A stretch of DNA of 64,000 nucleotides from Podarcis cretensis (taxonomy: Eukaryota), in the NCBI GenBank assembly GCA_951804945.1, contig OX638162.1, positions 29,698,001-29,762,000 of the forward strand. The letters are read 5' to 3'. How positions within the stretch are numbered: position 1 is the stretch's first letter; each line of letters begins with the position of its first letter. The notes under the pieces were generated by a model. It searched no databases and was not told where the DNA came from. It saw only the letters and a list, made by a program, of their open reading frames with translations. Below, in pieces: positions 57,640 through 64,000 of the stretch. The translations under genes and the position numbers were made by a program.

Positions 57640-58412
57640 CAGGTGCATAGTTAAACTGTGGAACTCGCTCCCACAGGAGGCAGTGATGGCTTTTTCAGTT
57701 TTTAATGGAGGTGGCTTGTCAATGGCTACTAGCCATGATAGCTGTGCTCTGCCACCACAGTTAGAGACAGCAATGCTTCTGAATGCCAGTTGCTGCAAAC
57801 TGCAGGCGAGGGAGGGGGTGCTCTTGTGCTCAAATCCTGCTGGTTCCCAAATCCCACAGGCACCTGGTTGGTCACTGTGAGAAGAGGATGCTGGACTAGA
57901 TGGGCCATTGGCCTGATTTTACATTCTTATGGAGGCTTTAAGAGATGATTAGACAAATTCATGGAGGAGGATACCAAATTCATGGTGCCAGTGGCTACCA
58001 GCCACAATGGCTATGCTTTCCCTCCGCTGTTGGCAACAGAATGTTGCTAAATGCTAGGTTGGGGAGAGTTGCTACCGTTGCGCTCAGGTAGAAAAAAGAT
58101 TCCACCTAAACATTAGGAAGAACTTCCTGACAGTAAGAGCTGTTCGACAGTGGAATTTGCTGCCAAGGAGTGTGGTGGAGTCTCCTTCTTTGGAGGTCTT
58201 TAAGCAGAGGCTTGACAACCATATGTCAGGAGTGCTCTGATGGTGTTTCCTGCTTGGCAGGGGGTTGGACTCGATGGCCCTTGTGGTCTCTTCCAACTCT
58301 ATGATTCTATGATTCTAGGTCTGGTTGGGGCGTCTGGTTGGCCATTGGGGGAACTGGATGCTGAGCTACATGGACCCCCTTTGGCCTGATCCAGCAGCCA
58401 CATTCTTCTTAG
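57640..58412 (+). mobile_element. Two older CR1-type 3' fragments, the second interrupted by a younger CR1
   Basis: GGATGCTG...GGCCTGAT...TTCTTA tails at ~57925 and ~58410. Confidence 0.6.
58090..58316 (+). mobile_element. Young 5'-truncated CR1 LINE
   Basis: AACATTAGGAAGAACTTCCTGACAGTAAGAGC ORF2 end; (ATTCTATG)n tail. Confidence 0.88.
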
Positions 58413-59189
58413 GACCTTGTATTCAGTGTCTATGGAGATGTTGAACCCTACAGCACCATGTCCTGAATTCCTCTTGCTTGATCATAGGTGTGTGTCCCTA
58501 AAGGACTGTGCATCACAGCCGGTCCTTTTCATGGACACTGTTGTCTTTTGGTTGTGCCTTTGGACTCTCTTTTGCTGGTGTAGGAACTTGGCAGCCCAGT
58601 TCTTCCCCTCATATTCACTCATTTCCTAGAGAGCTGCTGCAGCAACAGAGTTGTCTGTGTAATACTTTGGAGTCCAGACCAGGAAATTCCTGGATTGGAT
58701 AGACTGGTGGGAGTGGCCCTCTGCCAGCCTCTGCCCCTTCTGGGTCACAAGCGAGAGCGAGAGATTGCCCAACCCTGTGACGAGGTATGGAGTCACAGAT
58801 GTGTGCTCTGCTGGTGCCCACGGATCACCATCCTGCGGAAGCTGGCTCATCCAGACTGGCAGGTAGGTGCCTGTTCCCCAGCAAGAGGCAAGCCTCCCGT
58901 TCCCTGCTCAGCTGTTTCCCTCTTGCCATTCCCATAGTTGGACTATCCGTCCTCTGCTGGTGAATGTGAGTTGGGGCTTTTCTAAGGGATATTCAGAACT
59001 GTGCAAGTGCTACGTGATTGTAGTTTGCAACATACACCTCTGCATTTTCTCTGTGAGTGTGTGCACACACACTGTTGCTTGGAGTCCTATTCCAATGGCA
59101 TTTGGAGGACAACACAAGAGTAGCAGAGAATCCTCAGAAGTGGGAAATCTGGCAGCGCTAATGCAGAGACGTTTTATATTCAGGCTTAT

Positions 59190-59720
59190 TTATTTAGTTC
59201 ATTAAATTTATATAGTGCTTGATTGTAGAAAACCTTGATTGTAGAAGTGGTTGACAGAAAGAATGAAACAGCAAGGTCATTAACAAAGCAATTAAAACAT
59301 TCAAAAAATTAGAAAGCAGCAATGAACTAACAAACATGTCTGGGTATGCTTGTCTGAACAAAAATGTTTTTAGCAGGCGCTGAAAAGAGTACAGGGAAGG
59401 CGTCTGCCTAATGTCAATAGGCAAGGAGTTCCAAAGTTGTAGGTGCTGCCACCCTAAAAGATCAAGTTACTATAAATGTGGAACAGGTATTATGTGCCGC
59501 CTGTAACAGTGCCATTTCGTCAGATCAAAGTGGTCAAGAGGTCACATATGGGGTAAGGCAACCTTGCAGGTAGACTGGTACCAAGTTATTAAGGGCTTCA
59601 TTTGTATAGTAATTGTAACACATTGAACCTGGCCTGGTAGCAAATCGACAAACAATGCAGGTCTCTGAGCACATCTGTTATATGCTGGCCCAGTCTCACT
59701 GTCAGTATTATGCTGCAGTA
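59190..59720 (-). mobile_element. L2 LINE 3' relic
   Basis: PIDIRQTPSLYSFQRLLKTFLFRQAY is a typical L2 ORF2 C-terminus. Confidence 0.75.
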
Positions 59721-60719
59721 TTCAGCTTCACACAAGAGATGTCATGAACTCAAACAAAACTATGTTTGGAATAAGAGATTTTTAAAAAGTCAAGGGATGC
59801 ACGAACATCAGTACAACGGAGCTCAGCTGTCCCACTTCCCAGTACACAGACTATATTGGAACCAGGAAGTCAGTTCTTAGAGAAATAGTAATCTTTGGTA
59901 TCACAGATCCCATTCATCACTCAGAGACGAAAGTGTTAGTAATTTCCCAGGCACGTGGTCAGCTTTGTTAGCTAGTTTCTTCCTGCTTCTGGGAGGCCAC
60001 AGGGCTGGAGAAGTGGGGCAACTGAGACAGGCTGGAGGAAAGCTCTCCTCTCTTGCCTTGAGAGACACAATCGCCTTCTAGGGCAGTTGCAGGAGCTCCC
60101 AGTGTTTACAGAGGTGGCCTGCATGAGCTGCTCTCTTGATTGGAGGACTTTGCTGTCGCTCTGTGTTGGAGTGGGGAGGGTCGGGCATGGTTCACTCTTG
60201 TTATATGTCAGGAGACAGAGATCATGTGTGAAGAGGGTGACTTCAAGAGCTTAGAACATCCTTCCCTGGGGCCTCCTTGAAGTCAGGATGTGGCTGGCTT
60301 CTCATTGCAGTGACAAATCTAGGCAGCAGATTTCTGTAAGTTGAACAGTGTTGTTCCTGAATGTTTATCGTCTTGTAGTATTTGGAGGAATCTTGGGGCG
60401 CTTCCAGATGAGGGTGTCATGTTGCAAATGAGCCATTCAGATCCAGTTTCTTGGTACATTCTCTTCCATACACTGTTTGGGTATTTGTTGCTGCACATTC
60501 TGGTGGGCAGAGATTGATGGAATATATTTGTGCTATTCTGGACCTGCACACAGGTTTTTCTGTACCTGAGCACATGCAGGTTGTTTTTTTTAAAAATAAT
60601 AATCACCAGAAGCACACAAGCAAATGTCAGCAGCTGTTAATTATCACATTTCACAAAAGGCCAAATGGAGGGCTGTGCTTTTGTCAGGGAGCAATATCCA
60701 TTTCCATTTGAGTTTTTTA

Positions 60720-61720
60720 AAAATAATACTGAGGTCCTGCACAAGAGTGATTTCAGGTGACAAGAAGAAGTGGAGTTGAGTGTCATCAGCATATCAATAG
60801 CACCTCATTGCAAATCCCCTGTTGATGGTATCAAGCAGCTTTGTAAAGATAATAAAAAGCTGGGGGGGGATACTGTGGGACCCTCAAAGCACAAATGCAA
60901 CTGAGTTAAGTGGGAAACTACGTTATCTTCTGAAACTGCCTCTGCAGATAGGAGCAGAAGCTCCATGTCTCGTGAGTCCCCTATTCCCAATTACAGGTTT
61001 GGTCCAGCAATACACTGTGGTCAGTGATATCAAAAGATATCAAGAGTTTTAGGAGGGTCAAGAGAATCACAGAGGTCATTTATTAGGGCAACCAGGGTGT
61101 TTTCAGTACCCAAACTGAGCTTACACCCAGCTTGAAATGGTTCTAGATCCTCAGTGCCCTCCCAAGATGCCTGCAGCTGAGTTTCTCCAAGTGCCTGCCC
61201 CAAGGGAGTATCTGGACAGTAATTGGCCATATTTCTTGGGTCCAAAGTGGATTTCTTAAGATGTGGCTGCTCAGCCACCTCTTTCAAGGCAGCTAGGACT
61301 ACCCACTCTCTGAAAGAGGTGTTGCTCATCTCTCAGACCAACTAGCCCAAGGATCAGCAATTTTTTTTCCAGCAGGGGGCCGGTCCTCTGTCCCTCAGAC
61401 CTTGTGGGGGGGCGGACTATATTTTTTTTGGGGGGGGGAATGAACGAATTTGTATGCCCCACAAATAACCCAGAGGTGCATTTTAAATAAAAGGACACAT
61501 TCTACTCATGTAAAAACACGCTGATTCCCAGACAGTCCGCGGGCCGGATTTAGCCAATGCCACTCATCCCCTGGCTAGCGGTCATTAGCCAAGACGGGAT
61601 CAAGGGTGTGGTCAGCCACACCTTTGCCAGATTCTTTATCCACATCCTCAGGCTGTTTCAGTTGAAACTGATCCCATAAAGAGACTAGACACCTTCATAG
61701 GAGCAGCATCCAAGTTGGTC
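60720..61720 (-). mobile_element. Degraded L2-type RT fragment
   Basis: LKKSTLDP..ANY.P and LEPFQAG...GTENTLVALINDL; YADD-like ATATGCTGATGAC on minus ~60785-60795. Confidence 0.7.
61348..61573 (+). mobile_element. Short non-autonomous hAT element nested in the L2 relic
   Basis: CAGCAGGGGGCCGGTCC..GTCCCTCAGACCTTGT and CCGCGGGCCGGATTTAG ends shared with 43658-44476. Confidence 0.75.
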
Positions 61721-62311
61721 AGGTTCACAGTGAATACGAACCACTTTAAGACACAAATGTTTCACGTTGCTTTCCTTCAATAAGGTCCCTGCTAAGACTG
61801 CTCTGTTTTCAGTCTTTCCTAGCTTGGAGCTGTCCAGAAGTTTTGGAGTACAGCTCACATCAAGCCCAGCCAGCACAGCTGTAAAAGAAAAACATCTGGA
61901 AGGCACCAGGATATTATTATTATTATTATTATATTTTGCTATAATCCTGGCACCACCACCCTCATAAAAACACTTGACAGTTCATGACTCTATACTGGAA
62001 GGGATCCCTTCAACTTTGAAACATTGGGGAACCTCTTGAGGACTAGAGTAGTGTGGAGACTGCAGTGACTGTGTTTGAGGAGGGGAAGAGAGATGGGTGG
62101 CCTGATCAGGCTCTAGGGTTCTAGAAGACCCCAGACTGCTCACTAGATGCCCTCACTTTTTACAGCAGTAACATAATACAACTTCTGCATGATACTTGAA
62201 TTTCAGAACTGCACAAGTATTTGGAGATTTGCACCTCCCCTCTCCACAGAACATCACACTTTGTGTCCAACCCCCATTGGAAGGTAGGTTGGAGGAGGTT
62301 TCCTGGTCTTC

Positions 62312-62462
62312 NNNNNNNNNNNNNNNNNNNNNNNNNNNNNNNNNNNNNNNNNNNNNNNNNNNNNNNNNNNNNNNNNNNNNNNNNNNNNNNNNNNNNNNNN
62401 NNNNNNNNNNNNNNNNNNNNNNNNNNNNNNNNNNNNNNNNNNNNNNNNNNNNNNNNNNNNNN
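62312..62462. other. Assembly gap (151 N)
   Basis: N run. Confidence 1.
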
Positions 62463-64000
62463 GGTTGCCCCAGTCACTTTGGCTGGCTTCTAACATATAT
62501 AAAAACATAATAAAACATTACACATTAAAATATGATGGACTCTGCCTTTCTCTGCCCCATGGTGGTCCCCACGGACCACCTGAATGGGTAGTCTGAGACA
62601 CTCCCTCTGTGTCCCTTGTTAAAATTTTTCGCAATGCCTGCTGTGGCCCTCTGAGATGTTGGCTGTTTTCTGTGTAAACACAAGCTGGCTGTGTTATCAG
62701 TGGGTTTGGGAGGCGTTGATTTGTCCAGCTGCTGCTGTGGCCAGTCAAGGGGCAGGAAGTCATGGGGCGGCCCAGCTCCAGCAGGCAAATTCTGGTAATT
62801 CTCCTTCACCTCTTCATGTCTGACCTTCCCGCTAGCTACACTGTGCTTGGGCCTCTCAGCCGTTTTGTTGCACTGCCCCTCAAACTTGCTGTTATCCTGC
62901 TCTATGAACACTTGCAGAAAAGCAGGGATTTCAACAGTCAGCTGTTTTTCTCAGGGATGAGGAACATGTGCCCCCTCCCCAGAAATGGTTGCACTGCAAT
63001 TCCCATCATCCATGAGCCATGCTAGCTGCTGGGATTTGAAGTCCAGCACCTGGGGGCTTCAGTTGTTCCCCATCCCTGCTGGACACCCATATAATTTTAT
63101 TTCTATTTATTACAAAATTGTGTTGCTTAATTTAATAAATGTTTCTAAACTATACAAATACCACCACTCAGAAAAATGTCCCAAAACTAGAGAAAACTAA
63201 AACTAAAACAGAGCAATCTGCAAAACAGAGAACTTTGAGTCAGAGTTCGAGACAGCTTGAGTAAACATAAAGTTTTAAAAGAGTTGTTTAAAGGTCATTC
63301 CTGTCTGCTTCTCACAAATTATCCAAGGGGAGGGCATTCGAGGGGTTGTAATGGCTTAACAGACCTGCTTCCATGTTGTCACCAACTGCTGGTCATGAGA
63401 TGACCAGGAAAGCATCCTGAGAGGATCGTATAGATATGGGCTTTGGGGATACAGTATTGGTAAATTTCCTTCCCCATACTTTCAGGGTTGAGATTTTTAA
63501 ATGCCATAGATCAGGACTGGCTAATCTATGGGCCTTCCAGATGTTGGACTACAACTCCCATTCTTCCTGACCCTTGGCCACCCTGACTGCAGCTGAAAGA
63601 GGACCACAGACACACTCCACACCTGCTCTAAGTCTTTGGCCTGGGTCTTCCTGACACCCCAAGCTAAAGTGGCCACCTCATACTTTGCCCTGCCTATCTA
63701 GGCTAGCATCCTGTTTCCTGCAGTAGCCAAAGAGATGCCTTCAGCCCACAAGCAGGACATGAAAGCAACAACTTCTTTCCTGGTGCAGGGGAGGGAGTGG
63801 GAGTGCTGCTCCCCAGCAACTGGTACTGTATTTAGGCACAGTTGCATATAGCCATTATGACGGATGACTACTAACTAACGATAAGACTTCTCCTCCTCTT
63901 CCTCTGTGAATTTGTCCCTCTTTTCCATAGCACTGATTTGGGACTTTCAGAATATTCTGAATTGAGGTTTTATTTTAGGGATGGTGGGAACCCTGCCTTG

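Noticed and set aside
63905-63965. Acceptor-like site as SEMA4B exon 2
   Set aside because: The phase-1 reading hits a stop within ~12 codons and does not resemble a sema domain

Overview
Vertebrate genomic DNA from a squamate, probably a lacertid lizard judging by its Sauria/Squam-type SINEs. It carries the conserved ZNF710(+) - IDH2(-) - SEMA4B(+) block: ZNF710 (probable non-coding exon 1 plus 4 coding exons, one crossing an N gap), a complete 11-exon IDH2 CDS (451 aa), and the first coding exon of SEMA4B. The standout feature is a ~7.65-kb, CpG-rich tyrosine-recombinase retrotransposon (Ngaro-like, DIRS order) on the minus strand in ZNF710 intron 1 (~13783-21431). It has four uninterrupted ORFs: gag, RT/RNase H, tyrosine recombinase and an SGNH hydrolase. 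The sequence suggests a virus-like expression scheme: a UUU_CGN +1 frameshift motif at the gag/pol overlap, two phase-1 splice acceptors in front of the recombinase and hydrolase ORFs, a ~290-nt multibranch 3' RNA structure, and a hairpin-rich 5' promoter. I could not find the split direct repeats or inverted terminal repeats expected for this order, and the first catalytic Arg of the recombinase appears mutated to His. The rest is typical squamate repeat landscape (SINEs, CR1/L2/RTE-X relics, hAT and Tc1/mariner MITEs) plus an orphan CpG island with CTCF-like sites. All calls were made by eye; no database searches or folding programs were run, and comparisons to human proteins are from memory.
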